Shown here piece by piece: positions 12,227-23,643 of a stretch of 64,000 bases of DNA. The notes beneath the pieces were generated by a model. It was given only the letters and a program-made list of their open reading frames with translations, did no database searches and was not told the DNA's origin. Where the stretch lies: NCBI GenBank assembly GCA_965644315.1, contig CBFFRQ010000179.1, positions 9,578 through 73,577 of the forward strand, in the 5' to 3' direction. Position numbers and translations under genes: made by a program. Source of the stretch: Caecitellus pseudoparvulus (Eukaryota > Protista > Bigyra: Bicosoecida). Numbering within the stretch: the stretch's first letter is position 1; each line of letters opens with the position of its first letter.

Positions 12227-12750
12227 TGGGGATGTGTGTGATATGCAAGCCCCCTTCAGGCCCTTGATTTCCCGGTGGTGCCTTGTGGGCCTGGCAGGCG
12301 TGGCTCGTGCACGAGACACGCCTCGGTTGTAAACGTGAGACAAAAACACGGCTACGTAGGCCGGCGCTGTCGAATGTCAGAGCAGCCCGCAGCAGAGGTC
12401 ACAGCACAGGCTAAGCAAGTAAACAGACTTGTACACCAGGACGCCGAGGTTTGAGAGGATGACTCTGGATTGTGCGCTGGGGAGGGCAGTGCGAAGTGCC
12501 CGTCGGCCTCCCTGCGCCGGGCGCCGGCAGGCTGACACCAGGCGTGGTGGTGCGCATGGCAATGCGTCCTCGTATGCCAGCTTGCAGGGGGGTGCATCGG
12601 GGAGTGGTGGGGTCCAACATACATTCAATGTAACACTCGACATATGGGGCCGAGGTGTGGCAGCTCGGGGCCGCCGCTCTTTTCTCACGAAACTGGAGTT
12701 CACGCGCCGGATGAGGCGGAGGCTGGCTTGACAGCGGTTGATGTCGGCGG

Positions 12751-14777
12751 CTACGCCGAGCGGCTTCGGCTGCTCGGGCCGCCCCCCGAGCCAAGCCAGG
12801 GCCGGGCGGACTGGATCTGCTTCGACATGGAACTGAAGGGGCAATCAGCAGAGCCTGCAGAGCTTTGGTCGCTGAGGGACGCTTGAGGCAGCAGCCCGTC
12901 GCGGGCTGCGTCGTGGGCGCCGTCAGTTGCAGGGCCTGGGTGGCAGGCTCTGGGAGACCCCTTCTGCCTCCTGGCGGCCAGTTCAGCTGCAGGAGATACT
13001 GATCGGCCCTGCCCAGGCTTTTGAACTTCATCCTCACGCGCATCGTCGAGGAACAGCTCTTCGCCCGATGACCCAGTATCGGCATGCGGCCTGTAGCTGG
13101 ACGACGGGCTGTGTGCCGGCTCACGCTGGGGCCAACCCGCTGCCGACGCAGCTGCCGGGGAAGCAGACGGGGGTGTATCTGGTGGACTCCACTCAGGGTT
13201 GGCGAACCACGCGTGTGCCTTCACCTCCTCCATGCTCAGCCGCTCCTCAGCCCGCACCGCCAGACACCCCCCCAGCAAGTGCGCCAGCGCAGGGGACATG
13301 CCCTGTGGCCAGTGCCAGGGCGGCAGGTGTCCGCCCTCGGCCCACAGCGCCGACTGGGGGCCCATGATGTCGTCGTGCAGGACGTGGGGCTGTGTGGACG
13401 CGACGAAGGCGCGGAAGGTGCGTGAGAAGGGGGCTGCCGCCCGGAAGGGCGCACTCCCGCAGGCCATCACAAAGAGGGAGATGCCGAAGCTCCACACGTC
13501 AGCCTTGGTGGCGTGGTACCCCTCTGCACAGGAAGTCACAAGGCTTGCCTGTTGCTTGTCTGAGTAGGGAATGCGCCCTGGCCCGAGCCTGCCGGCCAGG
13601 ATGGAAGGCAGCAGCACCTCCGGAGCGCAGTACGTACAGCTGCCCCGTGTGGAGTAGCCGGTGGGGGAGTCTGCGCCGACGCTGCTGCTCGGCACGACAA
13701 CAGCCGACCCGAAGTCTGTCAGCTTCATCATGTACTGCCGTAGGGCTGCGTTTTTCGCAGCTCCAGGGGGCATTTGCACGGCTTGCGTCAGAGCCAGTCG
13801 ATGCGACTGGCAACTCTCCGCGTCGGTGCAGGCTGGGGTGGGGGAGTGCACTGAGCTCTGCAGTGGGTACAAGAGCATGTTTTCGGGCTTCACTGTGACA
13901 GCAGGGTGGCGCCAGCGTGTGGAAGATGCTGACGTTGCTTGACACGCGTTACACGTGTGGCCGTGCGTGGCCTGGTTGCACTCACCATCCCGATGGGCCA
14001 TGCCGATGCTGTGGCAGTAGTGCAGCGCATGTGCAATTTGCAGCATCCACTCCCGAAAGTGGTCTTCCTCATTGTACCTGGCACGCATGCGCGGGGACTG
14101 GCTTTGGCGCGCCTGCCGGGCAAGCCTGACGTGGCGCAGCACACACGCACCTATTGTTCGTGGCAGCCCGCAACAAGTCGTGCGCATCGCACACTGCCAG
14201 CTCCTGGTACAGCACCGTGTTCCCTTCTTCATCCTTTCCAGCAGCCAGGACACGCGGCACGTGCGCGTGGCGGCCGTGAATGCGGGCAGCCTGTGGCGTG
14301 CGAGGGCGAAGCGCGCGAGTGGAGTGCCGAGGTCCTTTCCTGGTGCCTTGCCGGCCGGGGCAAAGGCATGCGGCATCCAAGGCTGCGTGGCACAGCAATG
14401 CACTGCAGGCTACGCACCGCTGCCAGCTCGGCCTGCCCGGCCTTGCCGTGGGCGGCAGGGACGACTTTCTCAGCGGCCGCGATGCCGTTGTACATGACGC
14501 AGCGAACTCGGCCCTGCCCTCCCACGCGGTAGTTGCCTGCAAAAGATACAGCACAGAAGGTTTCATAAAAATCATTATTGTATCTGGCACCTCGTGGCGC
14601 TCCGCGCCCCGCGCATTGCCGGTATTCGGGCCAACTTTCTTTGACATGCCGAGGCGCGCAGCCACGCGCGTGAAGGCTGCCACGCCTGCCTGGCCCAGCA
14701 GCCATCTTGCAGCACGCGTGGACGAAGGGCGCCAACTCACCCTCGTGCGAAGAAGAACTTGACGATTCAGTTGCCAT
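12751..14777 (-). CDS. Ser/Thr protein kinase, tandem copy 3
   Basis: VGGQGRV..AAEKV..QAELAA | ..HAHVPRVL.. | MAHRD|VKPENMLL..KLTDFGS..YCAPE..ADVWSFGI. Start ATG 14777 is inferred. Confidence 0.85.
13189..13451. repeat. Direct repeat, 263 bp identical to 10665-10927
   Basis: Offset 2524, from ccactcagggttggcgaacc to ccggaagggcg. Confidence 0.95.
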
Positions 14778-15375
14778 GCCGCAAGGTTTCGCTCCAGTGC
14801 AGTTGCCGTGTTGTCCTTGCAAGCGATTTTTCGTGGCCCGTAGAACAAGTGGGGCCTCCAGCCGTCTTCACGTGGCAGTGCCTCAGTCGCCGCAGAGGGA
14901 GATAACAGGGAAAGTTGAGTCTCTGGAGGGCTAATCCTTTGTGGTGTCAATCGCAGGGGTCTCCAAGGATGAGCTGTGAGCTGTTGTGTTTGCCTGTTTT
15001 GGCAGGCTCGTACCAAGTGTGCGGGGAGCGAAACTTGTGCGAAACGGCAGCGGGCACTCCAACACGCCAGCCCTGCCCCCGGAGACCTGCTGAAACAAAG
15101 CCTGAACCCCATACCCTTTACTGACATTTATTTGGAAGTTTGCAAGTCTCAGCCATGCTTTCTTGGCTCATGCTCGCGCCACAGCGCCAGACAGAGTCGC
15201 TCAGCTCGCCAGCTGCCGATCTCGTTCTCGCCAGCTGGTGAGCGAGCAAAACCAAACGCTGTCTAAAAATAATCATTGAGCCAACATGCACACCCAGCTT
15301 CCCATCTTGCCGCCAATATTCCTCGCTTGGATCTCTTCAAGGCAGCCAGTTTTTCTGCTCCTTCGCGGGGCCCAT

Positions 15376-15386
15376 TGCGGAAATTG
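15376..15386. promoter_or_regulatory. Recurrent motif TGCGGAAATTG (~90 bp upstream of mut-7 ATG)
   Basis: Exact 11-mer, one of six copies. Confidence 0.5.
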
Positions 15387-15474
15387 GATCGCGGCGCCAG
15401 CTGCAGCGCCTTCATCAGCGCTTGAGCCATTGAGTCGGCTACCGCGACGCGGCAGTATTCAGTATACAACAAGA

Positions 15475-18400
15475 ATGGACTCATCTGCGTTTCGTGCCGC
15501 TTTGGAGGCGGAGGACCCATCGGCAGAGGCGGTGGTGGAGGGCGCGCTGCACCTGGCAGCGGCTGGTCCCAAGTCCTTTCGTGCGCTGTCCGACGCCGTG
15601 CAAGACACGCTGCGGGACAGCCGCCGGGATGCAGCACGCATCATTGCCCTGGGTGACTGCCTGCTCCAGGTCCGTGCCTCTGTCCCGCGCCGTGGGGTGC
15701 GGTGCCGCCCACACACCCACCTTCCCTCACCCCACGCCCTCGGCAGGTGGTGACGACGCTGCTGGACGGCGACCAGGACCGCGTGCTGTGCGGTCGCGCG
15801 CTGCTCAAGGGCACCACACAGCACCGCATCAACCACGCATCAGCATGGCCCCCCGCCGCCACCTCCGCAGCAGCCTTGACCTGGGCAACGGACCGAGGGC
15901 TGGCCACACCCCCCTCGCTGCTGCTGCCCTTTTGCCAGGCGTTTCTGCGCAGCAGCGAGCCTGGGCTGCCTGCCGCGTTGCTCGCCATGTGTCGACCTTG
16001 GGTGGAGCATTTGCTCGCGCCCGAGTCCGCAGCAGAGGCGGCAGGGGGGGTGGACGTGTTGGACGAGGGGGGGGTGTTGGCGGCGTTGGACTGGGGCGTC
16101 GCTGCCGCCAAGACCAGGCCAGCCATCGGCAAGCAAGTTAGTCCCCTGGCGCAACTGCTGCTGTTTGGCGGCCCCGCAGCGGTGTGTGTGGGGGCTGGGC
16201 CTGGTGCGCTGGGGGTTGCGCCAGCGCTGTGGCTGTGTGGCGCGCTGCTGCGGCTGAAACTGTGGGCCAATTTGGAGGAGATTGTGGCGGCGGCGTGGCG
16301 CAACGATGCGGATGCCTGTCGCACAGTGTTCGACTGCCTCTTGGCCCGCATCAAGCGCGCCCATGCGGCGAAAATCGTGGACCGCATTTCGCGCGCGCGA
16401 TCTGGCGCCCTGGCTCGTGCGTTGACGGCAGGCGCAGCGGGTGTGGAGGAGGGGGGGGAGGAGGGGGCCCGGACTGTGCGAGCTGGGATCGCGGAAGTGA
16501 CGGCCTCCACGTCGACGAGCGACCCCGCTCTGGGGCGCAGCGCGCGAAACGCAGCAGAGCAGGCGGCGGCAGGGCAGGGCAAGCTGCGTCTGGCCACGGG
16601 CAAGGGCCGCACGTGGTCCAAGTTGCCACGGGGCACGGGGTTGCTGCACGGCGGGCGGCAGCTGCTGGCGGAGGAGGCACAACACATGGATTCGTTCGGG
16701 CCAAAATTCGCGCCGCGGCACAGCTTAGTGCGCCCCGGTGCCGTGCCGGCGACGGACGCCATCCGCTCCGCCATGCCCAGCCAGTGGACGAGGGTGGGCA
16801 AGAGTGTCGGGCGTATGCTCAAAGCTGGGGATGTGCAGGGCGCCACATCCGCTGCGGACACGGCCAGTGCGCGGCAGCCGTACGGCAGCACTGCGGAGAC
16901 GCTGCGCACGAAAATGGGGGCGCGGGCGGTGGTGGACGGGGACGACGACGACCCGTCGGTGCTTGCGACCAGCATCGTCGCTGCGAACATCGCACTGGAG
17001 CCCGTGCTGCGCAAAGTGCCGCGGCACCAGCACCGCAGCCTACTGACACTCGCTCTGGAGGGACAACGCCAACTCGCCACCTCTGAGGCCGCCCCAGCGC
17101 TGACCGCCGCCGTCGCATACGCCGGCAATTCCCTCGCACTGCAGTGCTTGCTTGCCCGCACCCTGGCGGAGCAGGGCGACCTGGCCCGGGCCCTGACGCT
17201 GGCCGATGCATGGCAGCTGGGGGAGAGGTATGCCTTCGCCTGCGAAGCTGCCCCCCCTTCGCCGGACAGTCCGTACACTGCCCGGTGGCTGCAGGAAAAG
17301 GCAGCGCCGCCCACGCCCACTGTGGCGCAGCAGCCAGAAGCTACGCCCCGCCAAGCAGCATTGGACGACGGCGCTCTGCACGCGACAGCAGCCCTGAGGC
17401 TGCCCTTCCCGCCCATGGCACGGGCAGGCAAGGGCGGACCCACCCTGTCGTCCCACATGACGTTCTACGCGAGTGCGGCGGATTTGCTGTCAGGCGTGTC
17501 GGTTTCTGGCCTGGGCCAGCTGGCTTCGGCCGGCGACCGACCCGACGGAGTGGTCATTCCCGCTGGCAGCATGCCTGTGGCAATGGTGGCAGACGCAGAT
17601 GACTTGGCGGCACTAAACGGCTACCTGGCCCACTGTGCCTCGGCGGCGGCAGCCAGTGGTGTGCTACTGCCCATAGGCGTGGATGTGGAGTGGCGCCCTT
17701 CCAAGCTGTTCGACGCAGCCATGCCGCCGCTGCCCAAAACCGCCCACCCAGACCTGCCCGCCGTATATCAGGCGCTGGCGCACACGTCCAGCCTGCGCTT
17801 CCCAGCCTCCACGTTGCAGCTGGCCACGCCGCATGTCGGCTTCATCGTGGACCTCCTGGCCCTTGCGCGGTGCGCGCCCGCTGCAGATGTGCGGGCGGTG
17901 CTGGGCGACGCCTGCTTCCACAGCCCACACCTGCTGAAACTGGGCTTTGGGCTAGCCGGCGACCTGGCAAAACTGGCAGGCTCCCTGCCTGCACTGCAGG
18001 ATGCCTGTCGCACGGCAGTTGCCTGTGTGGACCTGTCAGAGGTGTTCGTCGCACACGCCGCACGGCGGGGCGGCAGCTGCGACCTGCCCACCCTGCCGCC
18101 GTCGGCGCTGACCAGCGACCTGCGGTCCCTCGCCATCGCCTGCCAGGACATCCTCGGTGTGGGGCTGGACAAGCAGCAGCAAGTCAGCGATTGGCAGGTG
18201 CGTCCGCTGACCCTGGAGCAGCGGCGGTACGGCATCATGGACGCGTACTGCCTGTTGGCGCTGTTCGCAGCGACCACGCAGCCCACCGAGGGGTCAGGCG
18301 CGGCGCTGGCGCGTGGCGTGGAGCCGTCGGGCACCTGGTGGGAGGGCGCAGTTGTGAGTGTGGACGTGGCGGAGGCCGAGCTGGCCAAACACGCCATCAT

Positions 18401-19703
18401 CTCCGCCGCACTGCCACCTATTCTGGCGGAGGTGGCACCTGGCACCGCCGCGCTCGCAGGTGCCATGGAAGCAGAAATACTAGCGCTGTGCCGCACGCCA
18501 CTGCCAGTCCCGGGCGAGGACTCAGCGTACGCGGGCCCAGAGGACCTACAGGGCGCCCTGACCGCCCATGGTTTCTCCCCAGCCCGCGTGCTTGAAATCG
18601 ACGACTGTGCGACGGCGGAGGACGCGGCGGCGGCGCTGGGCGTGCCGCCTGGGCGCATTGTGAAGTCCCTGGCGTACATGGTGCAGGGCAAGGTGCCTGT
18701 CATTGTCATCATGCCGGGGGGGGCGCGTGTCAGTGCCGGTTTGCTGGCCGCCGCGCTGGGCGGCGTGTCCAAGCGCAAGGTGAAGCTGGCGACGCCTGCG
18801 CAGTGCCGGGATGCGTTTGGGTACAGTCCAGGTACTTTCCCGCCTTTTGCGCACCGTGAGGGTGTGCGGGTGTTCATTGAAGCCAGCACGCCCCGCACAG
18901 GGCAGTTGTACGGTGGCGGGGGTTCGCTGCAGCACTGTGTGGCGCTGCGCTTCGAGGAGCTGCTTCAGCTGAGCGGCGGCAGCATCGCGGAGCTGAAGCG
19001 GGATGGCGTCCAGGATGCACCCGACCCCGTGCACGCCCCGATCAGCCCCCCAGTTGCCCCACCCGCGGCAGGGGCTGGGTCTGCTGCCGCGCCACCTCCG
19101 CCGTCTGACGGCCCGTCCACCCCCCCAGACAGCCTCCCAAAGCTGGTACCACTGGAGAGCTTGTTTCAGCCCCCTCGGTTCCTGTGCGATGCCATGGTGG
19201 CGCGTCTTGTGCGGTGGCTGCGTGTGGTGGGCGTGGACGCGCTCATGACTCGCAAGGAGGAGTCACGCGAGGTCACTGCGTTGCGGGCTGTGCGGGAGGG
19301 GCGAGTCGTGCTGACACGGGACCGCAAAGTGCTGGAGGGCTCCACAGTGGTGCCTTGCCTCCTCCTGCCCAGCAACAGCACCCACGAGCAGTTCCAGCTG
19401 GTGGCAGAGCACTTCGGCATCTCGGTGACATCAGCGGACCTCATGTCCCGCTGCTCCAAGTGCAACAACAAGGGCTTCCGCTTGCTGGACGCAGAGGCAG
19501 CCGCCGCCACGTCAGCCAACGTGCCTGCCAAGGTGCTGGAAGTGGTGGAGGAGTACTGGCAGTGCACGAACTCGGCGTGTGGGAAGGTGTATTGGGAAGG
19601 CCCCAAGTTCTTTGAGACCCGCGACAAGTGGAGCTCCATGCTGGCTCAGGAGGGCGACGGGCCGGCGCCGGGGGAAGGCAGTCCGGACCAGGACGCCCCT
19701 TGA
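15475..19703 (+). CDS. EXD3: mut-7/EXD3-like 3'-5' exonuclease with inserted YbaK/ProX-like domain and C-terminal Mut7-C RNase/Zn-ribbon
   Basis: Intron 15670-15746. ExoI IGVDVEWRP, ExoII KLGFGLAGDL, ExoIII SDWQVRPLTLEQRRYGIMDA. YbaK-like TAEDAAAALGVPPGRIVKSL..GYSPGTFPPF..GGG. Mut7-C FLCDAMVARLVRWLRVVGVD..VLTRDRK..CSKC..CTNSACGKVYWEG. Confidence 0.88.
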
Positions 19704-20269
19704 TCAGGCGTCGGCGGCAGCGGCAGCGGCAGCAGCTGTGGCACTGCTGGGCGTGGCGGCGGGGGCGGCTTCCTTCACCGCCGCCCAGACGAAGAAGGGC
19801 GGGAGCCCGGGGATGAAGCCGGCCTTTTTGGAGCCGTCCCCCAGCCAGGTAGCCTTGATGGCGGGCAGCTCCTTGCTGAAGAATTTATCGTAGTGCGCCG
19901 TCAGCGTGTCCGCCATCTCCTTGGCCTTGTCCTGCTTCTTCGTCTCGTACAGCACCAGCAGCTTGGTGAAGGGGGCGTGCTCGCTGCTGCCGTCGGGGCC
20001 GTACACGTCCTCCCACGCGTCTGCCGGGCGCTTGCCGTGCCCGATGAGGAAGGAGGACTTGGCCTGCACCACCTCCTTGCTCAAGGACAGCTTCAAGTTG
20101 GTCACTGCGCCAGGGCGTGCCGAGAGCGGAGTGTGCAACTGCGGAAATTGCGACACACCACGCCGACGGCGCCGAGCCTCGGCGGGTGGCGCGCCTCACC
20201 ATCCGTCTTGAAGTTCCGGGTGGCCTTCACCTTCAGGCTCTCGTCAATGACCTTCGTCTTGGACGCCAT
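19704..20269 (-). CDS. Hypothetical protein (~156 aa)
   Basis: ATG 20269 (MASKTKVIDESLKVKATRNFKTD); intron 20105-20199 (GTGAG..GCAG) joins in frame to ORF 19704-20156; strong GC3 codon bias. Confidence 0.7.
20140..20150. promoter_or_regulatory. Recurrent motif TGCGGAAATTG (first intron of hypothetical gene)
   Basis: Exact 11-mer, one of six copies. Confidence 0.5.
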
Positions 20270-20587
20270 GTTCGGCACGAGGCTGCGTCGGGCAGGAGGA
20301 GCCGACTCGGCGTGATGCCGGACTTCGCTTTCAAGTCGCCTGCGGGACAGTTGCGTTGTGGCTGCAAAACCGTTGCAAGGGCAAGCGCTTCACCGTGTAT
20401 TCGCGGTGTTAGGTTTTTGAGCTTTTGCTGGTCATAGTTGTCATCCACCCTGCCCCCGAGCCTGGCCACTGCACTGCGAGGCTGCGCCAGCCGTCACGCA
20501 GGTCTCACAGCCAACCGTGCTGACATCGCGTTGATTGCAGCGGAGCTGCTGTGCTCGAGAAAGGCAAGGAGAGGGTAAAAAACAACC

Positions 20588-23509
20588 ATGTGTGCCCTAC
20601 GATCGCACACTGTCGCTGTGGCTCTGACCATTGCCGTGTCGTGGCTTTCCGGAGGAAAGAGTGCGGAAATTCCCCACGGCTTCTCTCACACTAGCGCAGC
20701 GGCAGACCTGACCATTCACGCCGATGGCGCGGCGAGTCGGGTGCATGTTGGGCCTACTTCCGAGATGCATGTTTTCATCGACGTTGGCGCGGGTGCGACG
20801 ACCTCTGTGCTGGTCCAGGTCTCGTCAGACAACAATCGCCTGGCTTCGTTCGGCGAAGTGGGAAGCCAGGCGCCTCAATCCTGGCCCGGCGCCTCCTCCT
20901 TCACATGGAGCATCCCAGTGCACTCGGGCCTGGAGCACATGCTGGCCGAGGGCGTGCCGGCGGGCCAAGGTGTCCTGGTCACGCTGGCCACCCCCGGGGC
21001 CGCTGACAATGTCACGCTGCGAGCGAGCACGCTGGGCGCCGCGAACCCGCTGCCGCTGGAGGCAGGGCAGGTGACGCTGGGCCTAGCCGGCACTGCTCAG
21101 CAGCAAAGCTTCGTGTGGACTGTCGGGCGCAATGCCACGGGCGTGTCGCTGGCCTGGGCTGGCCTGGCGACGGCAGTGCCCATCGGCATGTACGCGACCA
21201 CGCAGTGGAACGGCTCAGTTTCCACGCTGCCTGGGCCCGCCCACAGCGGGGAGGCTTGCTACTGGAGCATTACGGACGGCACGCAGTGGCTGCGCATCGC
21301 ACCCTGGAACCCTTGCCTGCAGGGTGCTAGCCCTCGCATCGTCATCACAGCCATTCCTCTAGTCCTGCCAGCGCCGACAGACCTGGTGCCGTGGTCGCTG
21401 GTCGCATGGCGCCAGGATCAGGCTGTGCGCGGGACCTGGGGCCGCCCCACTCTGGGCCTGCCCACCTGGACTGCGTCGGGCTTCGTCGGCTTCACCGGCA
21501 ACGCCACCAAGGTGTCCTACCACCTGCCCCGTCTGCAGAGCATTTCCGCAGCGCTGGCGGGCGGTCCGGGGCGCAGCTTGCCCTCGATGAACCTGTTGTC
21601 GCCTGGCCTGGCTCCAGAGGACATGAGTAGCGCCCAGTGGGAGTCTGGCACGAACATCGGCCTGGCTTCCCCCGTGTCGTACGGCCTGGACCGTTTCAAC
21701 ATTTTCGTGCCGGGCGAAGCGCCGTGCAAGAGCGCCCAGACGCGTTTCGGCTTCTCCACCTGCAACAGCACACAAGGCGCATGGGCGACAGGGGACTGGC
21801 TGGTCATGCTGTCCTCCACGCAGTTCAACGGCGCCGTCCCCTTCTCCTCCTGGCGCGAGCAGCCCTCCACGCCCGTCATGCTGACGCTGGGACAGCACTT
21901 GGCGCCCCCCGTGAACCACCCCACAACCGTCGCGCCGGTGCACTTCCAGCCCACCTGCAGCGCCTGGACTGACGCTGGCACGTGCTCTGCGCCTGGACCC
22001 GGCAGCATGGCACTGGGACGCGTCGCTCTCACTGTCTCCGCGGCCGCTTGGGGACTGGCCGGGTCGCCTGACTCGGACAACGTGCCGCTCAGCGTGTCCC
22101 TGCGTGGAGCGTCGTTTAGCGGGGTGCAGACAGAGCTAGGCCACTCCAACGTGTTTGTGGAGGTGTTCGTGTCGGTGTGCAGCTCTGCGCCGGGTCCACA
22201 GAAGTGCACCGCCGCCCACGCCTGGCCCAGCAACGTGAACGTGTCGGTGGTTTCGCACCAGTTGAACTTCCGCCCCTTCAAGGACGGCGGCGACGCCAAC
22301 ATCCCCCTGACCCTGCCACGCAGTGCCTGTGCCGCTGAAACCGGCCACTGTGTCGTGTATGTCACTGCACGCCACATGGGCACGGGCGGGAACTGTGGAC
22401 AGTGCGCGAACGGCATGGGGTTGGAGGTGGCACTGGGCGGACCGCTGGCCAGGCCCCTGCGTGCGTCAGACTGCCTGAACCCCAACACAGCCTGCACCCT
22501 GGCCCCTCTGGACCTGCCGACAGGGCCCCATGGCGCGGCAGTGACGTTGCCGCCTCAGACTGGGTTTGGCGTGGACGAGGCTGACATTGCCGTGCACGTG
22601 GAGGTGTGCCGTGGAAACGCCTCGCTGTTCCTGTGCTCAGCGGCGGATGGGGCCTGTTCTCCAGGTGTCTTCCAGCGCCCTTGGGCCGGGCAAACACCCG
22701 CCCTGGTGGTGAATGCCACGCTGCCTACCCCAGGCTCGGAGCAGGGGGGTACTGTGGGGCGTTTCTCATTTCCCCGCAGCTCCGGCGGCGTGGTGATCGG
22801 AGGCCAAAGCACGGGCGCGGGCGCAGCATCGGTGCAGATTGTGCTGCGAGATGATGCCCCTGCCTCTGCCCCCCTGGAGTTCAGAAGCGAGTCTGCGCGG
22901 CGTGTGCGTGTCTCCGGCATCGCCAACACACAACGTGGGCGGTCCATTGTCAGCTTTGCGTGTCAGTACGACGTGCAAGTCTCCGGCATCGGCTCCACGC
23001 GCCTGTACATGTACCGCTGGGAAGACGTGCGGGCGGATGACGTGCTGACCACTGGCTGTGGCTTCCGGGCGGCCTGGAACAGCCACCTGTGGCGCAACGG
23101 CGCCTGGTCCGCGGGCTCGAACAGTTTCGTGTGCGGCACATCCACGCAGTCAGTGGAGGTGGTGGGCGCGCTGCAGCGAGGCGTGCAGTACGGCGCCACT
23201 GTCGTGACGACCTGCGGCGCCGGCACGGCTTGCAGCACCTCCCAGCAGGCCCTGCAGCGGGCCGTGTCTCTGCCTGCCTTGTACACTTGGCCGCTGCCGT
23301 CCGCGTCGCCAGCCCCGCCTGCCAAGCTGAAGCCCCGCAAGTCCACCATTGGGGCAGGGGGCATTGTGGGCGTCACCTTCGGCATCATCGGCATGTGTGC
23401 CATGATGGGCTTCGTCCTGGGGTGGCTGTCGCGCACCAAGCGGTCGTCGGGTGCAGCGAGCGCAGACGCCCCTCGTGCGCCTCTGTTGGCGCAGGGCAGT
23501 GGGGTGTAG
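20588..23509 (+). CDS. Type I membrane/cell-surface glycoprotein of unknown function
   Basis: Uninterrupted 973-aa ORF; N-terminal hydrophobic signal, many NxS/T sequons and paired Cys, C-terminal TM (GIVGVTFGIIGMCAMMGFVLGWL) and a short basic tail. Confidence 0.75.
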   Translation: MCALRSHTVAVALTIAVSWLSGGKSAEIPHGFSHTSAAADLTIHADGAASRVHVGPTSEMHVFIDVGAGATTSVLVQVSSDNNRLASFGEVGSQAPQSWPGASSFTWSIPVHSGLEHMLAEGVPAGQGVLVTLATPGAADNVTLRASTLGAANPLPLEAGQVTLGLAGTAQQQSFVWTVGRNATGVSLAWAGLATAVPIGMYATTQWNGSVSTLPGPAHSGEACYWSITDGTQWLRIAPWNPCLQGASPRIVITAIPLVLPAPTDLVPWSLVAWRQDQAVRGTWGRPTLGLPTWTASGFVGFTGNATKVSYHLPRLQSISAALAGGPGRSLPSMNLLSPGLAPEDMSSAQWESGTNIGLASPVSYGLDRFNIFVPGEAPCKSAQTRFGFSTCNSTQGAWATGDWLVMLSSTQFNGAVPFSSWREQPSTPVMLTLGQHLAPPVNHPTTVAPVHFQPTCSAWTDAGTCSAPGPGSMALGRVALTVSAAAWGLAGSPDSDNVPLSVSLRGASFSGVQTELGHSNVFVEVFVSVCSSAPGPQKCTAAHAWPSNVNVSVVSHQLNFRPFKDGGDANIPLTLPRSACAAETGHCVVYVTARHMGTGGNCGQCANGMGLEVALGGPLARPLRASDCLNPNTACTLAPLDLPTGPHGAAVTLPPQTGFGVDEADIAVHVEVCRGNASLFLCSAADGACSPGVFQRPWAGQTPALVVNATLPTPGSEQGGTVGRFSFPRSSGGVVIGGQSTGAGAASVQIVLRDDAPASAPLEFRSESARRVRVSGIANTQRGRSIVSFACQYDVQVSGIGSTRLYMYRWEDVRADDVLTTGCGFRAAWNSHLWRNGAWSAGSNSFVCGTSTQSVEVVGALQRGVQYGATVVTTCGAGTACSTSQQALQRAVSLPALYTWPLPSASPAPPAKLKPRKSTIGAGGIVGVTFGIIGMCAMMGFVLGWLSRTKRSSGAASADAPRAPLLAQGSGV

Positions 23510-23643
23510 GGTGAGCATTGCGGCGCCCTCAAAATGAACAGCGCAACAATGTCAGTGAGGCGGCACTTGATCACGTGTATCTAGTTCGGTGATTCCTGTT
23601 CCCAGCCTTGAGGCTTTGGCGTGGTGGCAGTGCGGTTTTTGCC

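Noticed and set aside
7656-13451. Direct repeats as LTRs, a transposon or a DGR template/variable pair
   Set aside because: The repeats are internal kinase coding sequence; there is no RT, integrase, transposase, TSD or adenine-specific divergence.
15641-17458. Long antisense or alternate-frame ORFs (e.g. 15641-17458 -, 44081-46180 -, 38014-39756 +, 60608-61834 -)
   Set aside because: They shadow well-supported genes on the other strand; stop codons are scarce at this GC content and no domain motifs are present.
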